Assembly (NCBI GenBank): GCA_040326155.1
Contig: JBEQLE010000053.1
Location: 13,026-29,876, forward strand
Direction of reading: 5' to 3'
From: Leptospirales bacterium
GTDB lineage: Bacteria > Spirochaetota > Leptospiria > Turneriellales > JAOUFE01
DNA: 16,851 bases
Shown here: in pieces, positions 8,701 to 16,323 of the stretch
Layout of the letters: every line of letters begins with the position of its first letter
Numbering within the stretch: the first letter of the stretch is position 1
Program-made: the position numbers and the translations under genes
The notes under the pieces: model-generated
Told to the model about the DNA's origin: nothing
What the model saw: the letters and a program-made list of their open reading frames with translations, nothing else
Databases searched by the model: none

Positions 8701-8936
8701 ATAAATAGACGATTCGATTTAAGATTCATCATATTATAATTTCGTTCGTCTTTTTGACTAAGCCTCTCACTCTCCCCGTATAAGGCAAACGTAATAGCTT
8801 CTAAAATAGCGGACTTTCCATGACCGGTCTTACCAAAAATTCCGAAAATACCAGAATCCATTAAACGGGTAAAATCGATACTTTGCTCTTCGCGGTAAGA
8901 GTAAATGCCTTGAAGTTTTAGCTCAACAGGAATCAT
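5778..8936 (-). CDS. sbcC: Exonuclease SbcCD, SMC/Rad50-like ATPase subunit
   Basis: Walker A GKTGHGKS, Q-loop IIPQGRF, long coiled coil, zinc hook CPVCGS, signature LSGGQ, Walker B/D-loop FFLDEGFGTLD, ISHVEEL. TAATG overlap with sbcD at 8936. Confidence 0.97.
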   Translation of the reverse strand: MIPVELKLQGIYSYREEQSIDFTRLMDSGIFGIFGKTGHGKSAILEAITFALYGESERLSQKDERNYNMMNLKSNRLFIDFRFFAGKDKDEYRVTVEGKRNSKRFTDVGTYKRNAYHKQNDDWTPLDISEIANIIGLNYNNFKRTIIIPQGRFEEFLKLGASDRTKMLKEIFLLERFDLSDNVSHLYRKNEEQMRIIQGGLDQLGELDEETLNKLNIEKKKIETDTGNFKQELASLEKEEKKMAKIQEVFLEFEKEKSELAELAIQKVDRDLMQNKIEEYENCEKQFASLFEFYEKLKNEIESIGNEIEEKSKSKEILDKELSEKESVYSELKKEVSRKSEFEQEVSDLKKIIRIADLENITEKIETQLKAKNKERSERQSELDKFKELEQQLKLQRKGKKEKTKDREVLLRIAEWFRQREEFTHQEKGKTDQITSIQKEIEEIRISLSKDIIGKHKKLFINEFSIPGIKPLYEEIGKFSKMCEKKIGEMAKHREEKVIFRESGKISTNLKDGKACPVCGSLTHPDPHVQGDLFDTIEIEIEELEKQMQKETERLKTFQGIREEVREKQALNDEKERVLNTFNTEISKLAQAFEVHDKKFTWKKFENITKKEIEVLIGASDKTVLELESLEEKIEKLGEQMDAGQKAFETARSQTETLTGEQLKNRSSSETLIKEITRFNSTDILKLTKIYNAEGGENSQENSIQQKIDVLVKSIDENDKKFIQTQSEIAKLKQNSDSLGGNLTGLKERRTKVSGEFSTLDNKINARLEKTVYKTPEEVANILQWPENNNIHIAKEKKQLENYRNELYIKTAKVAELEASLKSSASLSYDENEYKKLCHIVSEKKEEYLKLQEKLGGLKKTIERFLQDKKEQKNLKIKIDQLTIREDNLKILKKMFQASGFVNFVSSVYLENLCLGANKRFRILTNNQLSLEISSKNEFIIRDHLHEGKTRKANTLSGGQAFQVSLSLALALSESVQTQNEMSQNFFFLDEGFGTLDKESLAVLYKTLQSLRAENRIVGVISHVEELQSEIDSYIEATLDPELGSRLRYSWQ

Positions 8937-10162
8937 TATTTCGTCTCCCCTCTTTCTGCGCCTAAAACTTCCTTAAATAATAAAGTAATCTCAGCAGGGG
9001 GTTTCTGACCATGCCGAGAGGTAAAATACTCTTCAAACAAAGAACCGATATCGCGGGTAATATCAACCCGAGGCCCGGACGAATTTTCTGAAAATTCAAT
9101 TTCAGGGATAATAGACACAATACCGTTGTGCGCCCCTGTAATCGCTTTTCGCTCTTCGGCCCGAATATAATCGCCGAAGGCCAGTGTAAGTTCCACCAAC
9201 GCATCGGGGTTTTCGTTCAGCCATAAAACACACTCGTCCGCGTTTTCAAACCGTTTGCGAACCAGCTCTTTACCGGCGTTAATTTCGACGGGACGAACCT
9301 GCGCCTGTTCTTTCGGTTGGGCCTCCACCACAAGAGCATATTTTTTCTGACCCGCTTCGGAAAAACTATACGACAGTGGACTACCGCTGTAATACACCGG
9401 ACAATGTCCTTTCACCGATTGCATTTTATGCAAATGTCCAAGAGCGACATATTGAACATCCGGGGGAATAATGGAAGTCAGCTGGGCCTCAATCCCGCCA
9501 ATATGTAAAATCGGTTTCTCGTCTTCAGGTTCCTCCGGTTTATCTTTTGCATTATTCACCATGACCATATGAGCGCAAAGAACATTTACAGAATTAGGGT
9601 CCAGATGTGCCTCGGCAAGATTATGCCAGTTATTGCGTAAAACTTCAGAGAGGGAGGAATTTTTATCGTCGTCTCTAACGCCTAAAAAAGAGCGAAGTCG
9701 ATATTCGTTAGCATACGGTGTCACCAGAATTCGCAGCGGGTAACCAAACTTTTCAAAATAAATTTCAACAAAACCGGGGGCGCTTTTCGTAATACGAACT
9801 TCAGGGGAAAATTCAAACGGTTTCAACTCACTACCCGGATACCCCAGCATAAGAATTCCACACTCTCGGGCCAACGCCTCCGGAGCCTCAATACGATCTG
9901 GAGAATCGTGATTGCCGGCAATAACAACTACCGGCCTTTCACCGTCGCGCGCCAACCGTTTCAAGGTTTTATAAAATAGTTCCTCAGCTTCAGTCGGGGG
10001 GTTAAATTGGTCGTAAAGGTCGCCGGCCACAATAACCGCATCCACGTCCTCACGCTCAGCAATATCGCAAAGCTCATCCATAACAAGTTTTTGCTCGTCC
10101 AGCCTCGAAAAATTTTCAAGCTTCTTCCCCAGGTGCCAGTCCGACGTGTGTAAAATTTTCAT
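8936..10162 (-). CDS. sbcD: Exonuclease SbcCD, Mre11-like nuclease subunit
   Basis: HTSDWHLG, AGDLYD, AGNHDS, YVALGHLH and YSGSPLSYSFSE metallophosphoesterase motifs. Confidence 0.97.
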   Translation of the reverse strand: MKILHTSDWHLGKKLENFSRLDEQKLVMDELCDIAEREDVDAVIVAGDLYDQFNPPTEAEELFYKTLKRLARDGERPVVVIAGNHDSPDRIEAPEALARECGILMLGYPGSELKPFEFSPEVRITKSAPGFVEIYFEKFGYPLRILVTPYANEYRLRSFLGVRDDDKNSSLSEVLRNNWHNLAEAHLDPNSVNVLCAHMVMVNNAKDKPEEPEDEKPILHIGGIEAQLTSIIPPDVQYVALGHLHKMQSVKGHCPVYYSGSPLSYSFSEAGQKKYALVVEAQPKEQAQVRPVEINAGKELVRKRFENADECVLWLNENPDALVELTLAFGDYIRAEERKAITGAHNGIVSIIPEIEFSENSSGPRVDITRDIGSLFEEYFTSRHGQKPPAEITLLFKEVLGAERGETK

Positions 10163-10668
10163 CCGCTTCCACCCTTGTAAAAGCTCAACAGATCATCAAC
10201 CGGGATTTATATTTCTGGTCTGAAATTCCCCACCGAAAAAAATCAGGCTGGCGACGGCGTTTGTATAATACTAATGTAAAGGTATAACACAGCTGTGTAC
10301 GTTCTGCGGAATGCAACCGCACTACGGCTTTGAATGTTTGTATAAAGTTTTTTTAGATAGAATAAGAAGTGTTATCTGGACTTGTCTCAAATCCGGAAAT
10401 TTATTAGACGATTCAACCAGGTTAGAGAACAAAAAGCTATGGCGTTTTTTAATTGACTTGTACGCATAATATTTTTCAACTTTATTGAGCATGTTCAAAT
10501 AATGAGAAATCATATTCGTCGAGGAATTTATTATATGATGATTTTTCCATATTTACAATTGGCCATATATCTTTTTCTGTCAAATTACGCAATTTAAGTT
10601 TACATTGTGAGATTAAATTTGTATTTGTGAATTAAATACATTTGCGTACATTTCAATCAATTGCAACA

Positions 10669-10974
10669 ATGAATCTAATAAATTTGGTTAAACAAAAAAT
10701 ATCTGATGGCGATTATGAGATTTCTCTGCATGCAGAAAAAGAACGATATGAAGAAAATATCCTAATTAAGGATATTGAAGAGTGCTTGAATACTCTAGAA
10801 TTGTTAGAAGATTATCCAAACGACCCGCGAGGTCATAGTTTCCTTATTCTCGGATATTCTGACAAGCGTCCAATACATATTGTCTGTGGAATTAGCAAAG
10901 CTTTGAACATTCGAATTATTACAGTCTATCTACCACTGAATCCAAAATGGCTTGACGAAAGAACTCGAACATAG
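10669..10974 (+). CDS. DUF4258-domain protein, putative type II toxin
   Basis: YEISLHA..ER, LLEDYPNDPRGHSFLILG, PIHIVC and IITVY.P...W....R pattern. ATG 10669 preferred over TTG 10642. Confidence 0.85.
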   Translation: MNLINLVKQKISDGDYEISLHAEKERYEENILIKDIEECLNTLELLEDYPNDPRGHSFLILGYSDKRPIHIVCGISKALNIRIITVYLPLNPKWLDERTRT

Positions 10975-10987
10975 TATTATAGTATAA

Positions 10988-11221
10988 ATGGAATTTGATG
11001 ATTGCACTTACTGCGGAGGCGAAGTTACTCTGAAAAACGTAGAACTTGATTATCGCTATAATAATAAACTATTCATTTTTACAAATGTACCGGCTGGCGT
11101 ATGCAATCAATGTGGAGAAAAGTTCCTTAAATCAAAAACCGCAAAAGATATTGAAAATAAGATAATATCTGGGACTGCACCTAGTGAATTAAAACAAGTT
11201 CCTGTTCATGCACTAACTTAA
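10988..11221 (+). CDS. YgiT-type zinc-finger protein (MqsA N-terminal-like), putative antitoxin
   Basis: CTYCGG...NVPAGVCNQCGE; 77 aa; 13 nt downstream of the DUF4258 gene. Confidence 0.88.
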   Translation: MEFDDCTYCGGEVTLKNVELDYRYNNKLFIFTNVPAGVCNQCGEKFLKSKTAKDIENKIISGTAPSELKQVPVHALT

Positions 11222-11278
11222 GATTCGACAAATAACAGCACATAAGAAATTTTAATCTGCTCACGTCCGACTGCGCGC

Positions 11279-11700
11279 CAATGTCATTAAATTGAGGTTT
11301 TAGTTACTTCGCTACTTAATTCCTTGAAATATCCAATTGAAAATTTCAAGGAATTATATTGAAAAAGATGGGATATCGAAACTTTCTATGATACAATTAA
11401 AAACAGATTAAACCTGGAAAATATTACAGGTAAAAGTGTAGATACCGTAAAACAAGATTTTTATTCTACAATTTTTATATCAAACTTAGAAACGCTTATG
11501 ACGGGTGAAACAGAAAAAATTCTTGCGCAAAGAAGTCACAATAAAAAAAACAGTAAAAGTAAATAAGGCTATCTCGTTTAATGTTATTCAGAACAAAGAC
11601 CAACTCCATTCAAAAAAAATGGTACCTATTTAAGAGAAAATAATAAGCCTTGGAAAAAGATAGGTTTCCATAAAAGAAGGAAAAAACATTCCTTAGAAAA
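11279..11700 (+). mobile_element. Internally deleted IS4-family remnant (transposase pseudogene)
   Basis: Frame from 11291 reads IEVLVTSLL...FKELY*KRWDIETFYDTIKNRLNLENITGKSVDTVKQDFYSTIFISNL, containing the IS4 Y-(2)-R-(3)-E-(6)-K motif with an in-frame TGA at 11360. A frameshift near 11545-11550 continues as VKVNKAISFN, then a basic tail FHKRRKKH. CAATGTCATTAA at 11279 resembles IS4-type terminal repeats as I recall them. Right boundary approximate. Confidence 0.85.
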
Positions 11701-11908
11701 ACCGTTTTTTTTTGGACCTTACAAATATTCTAACGGACTCTCCATTGAATATATTTTTTCAATATAGTTTTGTAACTAATTATTTATCTTCATTCATATA
11801 TAGAATACCGTTTATTATGCTTTTTTTCCCATTATAAGGATTTTCTTGTAAAAGGCAAAAAGTGCCATTAATGTCGATTCTAATAAGTTATTGTTGACGT
11901 AATACAGT

Positions 11909-11928
11909 TACGGAATACAAATTCCGTA
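11909..11928. promoter_or_regulatory. Perfect 8-bp inverted repeat containing CGGAA-N6-TTCCG upstream of the glnA fragment
   Basis: TACGGAAT-acaa-ATTCCGTA, just downstream of TTGACG (11894-11899) and 77 nt before ATG 12006. Confidence 0.6.
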
Positions 11929-12005
11929 GATTTAGATGTTAGTAGAAAGAAGATGCAAAACTATATCCTTTTTTAAATAAAAAGGCAAAAAAAACGGAAG
12001 AATAA

Positions 12006-12254
12006 ATGTTTGACTCTGAAAATATGAAAACACAGTTACAAGAAACAGATATAACTAAACTATTTTTTGCAGACCTCAACGGCCGATTGAAAAACGTCTC
12101 GATCAACCCTGATGATATAGAAAATATCATTGAAAAAGGGGTAGGTATTGACGGAAGCTCAATAGCTGGTATTGCCACTGTTGATAATAGTGACAGAATA
12201 TTAAAACCCCGTTCGCAGAAAGGAAAACCCATACCGCAAGATTTACCTTCCTGA
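12006..12254 (+). pseudogene. glnA: Truncated type I glutamine synthetase (N-terminal beta-grasp region only)
   Basis: LFFADLNGRLKNVSI...GVGIDGSSIAGIATVDNSDRILKP matches the GS-I pattern F.D..G......G...DGSSI.G......SD..L.P. Similarity ends at about 12210 and no catalytic domain follows. Confidence 0.85.
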
Positions 12255-12267
12255 ACAAGATTTACCA

Positions 12268-13068
12268 ATGAATACGATCGTTATAAAACCGGAACTCAGT
12301 GTTATCATCCCTGTATATAAGGCTGAAGATACTTTAGCAGAGGCATTAAACTCCATTGGAAAGACCGAATATAATATTGAAATTATTGTTATTGTGGACG
12401 ATAACGAGGACTACTCTTTCGCGGAAAAAATAGATTCTCGTGTAAAAATTATTTCCACCGGCGCAACCGGATCGGGAGCCGGTCGAGCAAGAAACAAGGG
12501 AGTCGCCGTCGCACGCTCGCCTTATCTGGCATACCTGGACGCCGATGACACCTGGTCGGAAAATTATCTAAACACCCTGCTGCCAATCGCCAGAAAGAAT
12601 GGATGTGCTTTTGCAGCGACTCTCATTATCAACCACCAAGGTAAAGAAATATTAAAAATGCCGGGCGACTCAAAAGATCAACTGGTACCATCTGACTTTG
12701 GTTATTGGGGCGCGTCGTTTCATTCGGTCCACTCCTCAGAATTGTCTTTAGGGACCAGCGATGGACCGTTCTGGCATACCCCCTCGCAGGATGTTATGCA
12801 CTCCATTGAAGTATTGCTCGCCTGCGGCTCTTCTACGAATCTGGCACCTGACGTCTGTTACAGACTCAAACTTCGGGAAGATTCATATTCAACAACAAAA
12901 GATTTTAATAATCAGCTCAGGTCTTCCTACTTACAATATGAAGACGCTTTAAAAAATACAGAGGCAGAAGGTGTGTTTTCAGCAAAGTTGCAACTGAATG
13001 GTCGATATGTGGCAGAAGCAAAACACGATGAATCATTTTATGAATTTGTGGCAAGTATCCGAACCTGA
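12268..13068 (+). CDS. Glycosyltransferase family 2 protein
   Basis: LSVIIPVYK, IEIIVIVDD and GAGRARNKGVAVARSPYLAYLDADD (DxD motif). Confidence 0.9.
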   Translation: MNTIVIKPELSVIIPVYKAEDTLAEALNSIGKTEYNIEIIVIVDDNEDYSFAEKIDSRVKIISTGATGSGAGRARNKGVAVARSPYLAYLDADDTWSENYLNTLLPIARKNGCAFAATLIINHQGKEILKMPGDSKDQLVPSDFGYWGASFHSVHSSELSLGTSDGPFWHTPSQDVMHSIEVLLACGSSTNLAPDVCYRLKLREDSYSTTKDFNNQLRSSYLQYEDALKNTEAEGVFSAKLQLNGRYVAEAKHDESFYEFVASIRT

Positions 13069-13074
13069 TTCTTT

Positions 13075-14244
13075 TTATTTAAACGCCGCTTGCAAGGCTT
13101 TCCAGTTTACTTTTATGGAACGATAATCGACGTCATCGTGTTTTTCATAAATTGATTTTATATTTGCAATTCGGGCTACAGTGTCAGGGTGAGTAGAAAG
13201 CCAGGAAAGGTTAAAATCACTTTCATCCGATTCTTCTGAATCTAGAGATTCTTCCGGTTCATTCGATAAAGACTTTTCGTTGGCTTCTTTTTCGGAGCTG
13301 AGTTTTTCAAAGAAGCTGGCAAGTCCAAGCGGTGAAATTTTGGCTCGAACCATAACAAGTACACCTTCTTCATCCGCTTGAGTCTCCATAGAACGGCTGT
13401 AATCCAACGAAGCAATTACAGCAGCTCCATCGGCAACCATCTCAAGTAGACCTTCGGAGCCTGAAAATATAATCTGCAGGCCCAAAAAGAAACCCAGTCG
13501 ACGAATAATCTGTTTCATCCCGTGTCTTTTTTCTGCGTGCATCATCTCATGGGCAATGACCCCTGCAAGTTCTTCAGCCGATTGCGCTTCTTCAATTAAA
13601 CCTGAAAAAGCTGCAATGTACCCTCCGGGAAGGCAGACAGCGTTCACCAGTTTGGACTCAAAAACTTCTATATGGTATTTGAATTTTTTATTTTCTATAC
13701 CACCTTCAAGACGTTTTCGTATAATTTCCATTGCTTCTGTTACCATTTCATTTTTAACTGGCAGGTACTGGCCGTTCATCGAAGCGACTGCCGCTTCAAA
13801 AGACATTTCTCCGATCGTTTCATCGAGAGAGGTGGGTATTAACGATACAATTATATTTGTTCCGAGACTTGTAAAAAAAATGGAAACAAAAAAGACCAAA
13901 GCAATACCCCAACCCAATATAGAACCGAGTTTTCTTTTTTTACGTTTGCCTGAACCGGCGTTCAAAATCTGCTGAATTTCTGGAATATTCAATTCAGAAA
14001 GAGCTGCAATAAAAGAGTTGTCACGAATAACCAAAACTGGATCTTTCTGAGACTGACTGCGAATATATAAAGTATCGTGATCAAGCCCGCCAAACTCTAT
14101 AAAACCGCCATGCAGATTAAACTCATACTTGCTTTGCGTCTCATTTTGAATTCGAGCCGTAAGCACACCCGAACCAATTTCAACAACCGCCTCTGCCCTG
14201 CCTTCGGGTAAATTTTCATCGTGAACTCTTCCCTGCCAATTCAT
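13075..14244 (-). CDS. M48-family zinc metallopeptidase with an N-terminal domain and one transmembrane helix
   Basis: VNAVCLPGG, ELAGVIAHEMMH (HExxH), YSRSMETQAD and WLSTHP...R; hydrophobic segment ILGWGIALVFFVSIFF. Confidence 0.93.
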   Translation of the reverse strand: MNWQGRVHDENLPEGRAEAVVEIGSGVLTARIQNETQSKYEFNLHGGFIEFGGLDHDTLYIRSQSQKDPVLVIRDNSFIAALSELNIPEIQQILNAGSGKRKKRKLGSILGWGIALVFFVSIFFTSLGTNIIVSLIPTSLDETIGEMSFEAAVASMNGQYLPVKNEMVTEAMEIIRKRLEGGIENKKFKYHIEVFESKLVNAVCLPGGYIAAFSGLIEEAQSAEELAGVIAHEMMHAEKRHGMKQIIRRLGFFLGLQIIFSGSEGLLEMVADGAAVIASLDYSRSMETQADEEGVLVMVRAKISPLGLASFFEKLSSEKEANEKSLSNEPEESLDSEESDESDFNLSWLSTHPDTVARIANIKSIYEKHDDVDYRSIKVNWKALQAAFK

Positions 14245-14265
14245 AGTTATAAATATACTTTCAGT

Positions 14266-14943
14266 TTAAGAGCCTGACTTTTGTACTCTACGCCAAGTGT
14301 TCGCCCAACGGGCAAACGAGTTATGGTTTCGAGTTTGAATATAGACTTTTCCTTGTCCAGAGAATCGACAAACCAACCCTTCGCCGCTTAAGAAAAGTGA
14401 TTTCAGACCGCCAACTTTTTCGATCTTGTAATTCAGTGAGGGTTCAAAACCGACAATATGGCCGGTATCGACAATGTAGTCTCCACTTATGTCAATTTCT
14501 TCGACGGCGCCAAAACTTGCGAAAAAGAGGTCGCCGGTTCCCGAAACTTTCAGAAAAAACAATCCTTCACCGCTAAAAAAACTCTTAAAACCGCCCCACT
14601 TACTGTCTATTTGCAATTCGGTATCGCCACAGACATAAGCTCCGCGACTTAAAATAATTTCTTCATTTTGAAGTTTACGATGGACTATATCGCCTTCACT
14701 TGGCGAAGTCAGCATCAACTCGCCTTCAGAGTTCTCACAGGTGAATGTATTCTGGAAAAAACTTTCTCCGGAAAAAACCTTTCGTTTTAACGATGAAAGG
14801 ACGCCCCCGCGAGCTGAAGTTTCAATTGAAATATTCGGACTCATCGAAACCATGGCTCCGCTTTCGGCTTGAATTTTTTCGTTTGCCTGCATGTTAACTA
14901 CAATCGAGGCAAAATCGGGTCTTCCTATTATATTATATTTCAT
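14266..14943 (-). CDS. AIM24-family (TIGR00266) protein, copy 3
   Basis: AESGAMV, SGESFFQN, SGEGLFFL.VSGTG, VDTGHIVGFE, SGEGLVCRFSGQG.VYIQTR. Start moved to ATG 14943 (MKYNIIG, preceded by GAGG) so that it matches the paralogues and avoids overlapping the upstream gene. Confidence 0.92.
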   Translation of the reverse strand: MKYNIIGRPDFASIVVNMQANEKIQAESGAMVSMSPNISIETSARGGVLSSLKRKVFSGESFFQNTFTCENSEGELMLTSPSEGDIVHRKLQNEEIILSRGAYVCGDTELQIDSKWGGFKSFFSGEGLFFLKVSGTGDLFFASFGAVEEIDISGDYIVDTGHIVGFEPSLNYKIEKVGGLKSLFLSGEGLVCRFSGQGKVYIQTRNHNSFARWANTWRRVQKSGS

Positions 14944-14963
14944 GTTTTCCTCACTCTTCTTAA

Positions 14964-15638
14964 CTATCTTTTGGGCGGAAGGTTCGATCGTAACCATTTG
15001 CCCAATCCTGGAACGTTGCGAGTTTGAATCCAGACTTTACCATTGCCTTTAAACTTTGCGACAATGCCCTCGCCGCCTAAAAAGAAACTTTTCCAACCGC
15101 CGAACTTGGTGACTTCGTAATTCAAAGAGTCTTCAAAAGCGACAACATGGCCTGTGTCGATAATAAAAGTTCCGTCCACGTCCATGACGTCAATGCCACC
15201 AAAACTGGACAATAACAAAGGACCGGTTCCAGAAAGTTTCAGAAAAAACAAAGATTCTCCGCTGAAGAAACCTTTTAACCCCTGAAATTTCGTATCCATT
15301 TCTATGGCTGGTGTGGAAGCGAGAAAACCGGTGGACTGTACAAAAAGTGTCTGGTTAGCAAGGTCAACCTGGGCGATATCGCCTGGCAAGGTCGGGGCGA
15401 GTTTAACTTCACCGCTTCCATTATTTGCTGTAAATGTATTCATCCAGAAAGATTCACCGCCTAATAAAGCGCTTTTAATACTTTTGAATAAGCCGCCTTT
15501 TTGAGCCTTGTGAGTTTCAATCGAGACATTGTCGCTTTTTGCAACCATAGCTCCCGATTCCGATTTAATACCCTCACCATCATCTAAAGTGACGGTTGCC
15601 TGGGCAAAACTTGGTTTAAATTTAATATCTATTTTCAT
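14964..15638 (-). CDS. AIM24-family (TIGR00266) protein, copy 2
   Basis: SESGAMV, GGESFWMN, SGESLFFL, IDTGHVVAFE, GGEG...VWIQTR; SD AGAGGA upstream. Confidence 0.93.
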   Translation of the reverse strand: MKIDIKFKPSFAQATVTLDDGEGIKSESGAMVAKSDNVSIETHKAQKGGLFKSIKSALLGGESFWMNTFTANNGSGEVKLAPTLPGDIAQVDLANQTLFVQSTGFLASTPAIEMDTKFQGLKGFFSGESLFFLKLSGTGPLLLSSFGGIDVMDVDGTFIIDTGHVVAFEDSLNYEVTKFGGWKSFFLGGEGIVAKFKGNGKVWIQTRNVPGLGKWLRSNLPPKR

Positions 15639-15663
15639 AATATCCTCTATGTTCGGTTTTCAG

Positions 15664-16323
15664 TTATCTCGGTAAAAAACCCATAATCCAGTCGACCAGT
15701 CCTTTGCGGACTCTGGTTTGTATCCAAACGTTTCCCGTACCTTCAAATCGCATTGTAAAACCTTCCCCTGAAAAAAGGGTCGATTTCCACCCTCCAGTTT
15801 TTTGAACTTTATATTGTAACGTGGGTTCAAAAGCAACCAGGTGACCGGTATCTAATATAAATTCTCCATTTACAGGTTTTTTAATAATGGCTCCATAAGA
15901 GTTGAAAAACAAATTTCCTGTTCCGGCAGCTTCCAGCAAGAAAACCCCTTCTCGTGAAATGAGACTTTTTAAACCGCCAAATTTTGTTTTAATTTCGATT
16001 CCCGCGTCGGAGCAAAGGTAAGCTCCTTTTTGCAATACCAGGCTTTCGTTGTTTAACTCTACATGTTGTATATCGCCGGCGAATTCGGGAGCTACACCCA
16101 GGCGAACTTCTTCTCGCGCAGTATAGGTGTTTAAAAACATCGATTCTCCGCCAAGAAATTTTCTGGAAATTGCAGATAAAAAGCCACTGCCAAAGCTGGT
16201 TTCCACATCCAACGCTTCATCCATGTAGACCATCGCCCCGGATTCCGTTTTAATCGAGTCACCGGGTGAAAGTGTAAAATTCAACATAGCGTAAGAAGGA
16301 TTATGCGTAATGGAATATTTCAT
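15664..16323 (-). CDS. AIM24-family (TIGR00266) protein, copy 1
   Basis: TESGAMV, GGESMFLN, LDTGHLVAFE, SGEG...VWIQTR. Confidence 0.93.
   Translation of the reverse strand: MKYSITHNPSYAMLNFTLSPGDSIKTESGAMVYMDEALDVETSFGSGFLSAISRKFLGGESMFLNTYTAREEVRLGVAPEFAGDIQHVELNNESLVLQKGAYLCSDAGIEIKTKFGGLKSLISREGVFLLEAAGTGNLFFNSYGAIIKKPVNGEFILDTGHLVAFEPTLQYKVQKTGGWKSTLFSGEGFTMRFEGTGNVWIQTRVRKGLVDWIMGFLPR

Noticed and set aside
6565..9508. Short ORFs inside sbcC and sbcD
   Set aside because: Antisense or off-frame shadows of well-supported genes.
10287..10321. Palindrome ACACAGCTGTGT and small TGCGG/CCGCA hairpin upstream of sbcD
   Set aside because: Single short occurrences with no match to an operator I recognise and no U-tract.
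10322..10600. 63-aa minus ORF and an overlapping frame KLRNLTEKDIWPIVNMEKSSY faintly like a GNAT N-terminus
   Set aside because: Too short, no good start or SD, and no further GNAT motifs. It may be a gene relic but cannot be supported without a search.
11360..11362. In-frame TGA as a sign of an alternative genetic code (TGA=Trp/Gly)
   Set aside because: TGA terminates intact genes here (yhaM, GT2), long genes read through under the standard code, and the same element also has a frameshift, so it is ordinary decay.
11939..12268. 109-aa minus ORF
   Set aside because: Antisense shadow of the glnA fragment.
14944..14997. N-terminal extension MVTIEPSAQKIVKKSEEN on AIM24 copy 3
   Set aside because: It overlaps the upstream paralogue; ATG 14943 has an SD and aligns with the starts of the other two copies.
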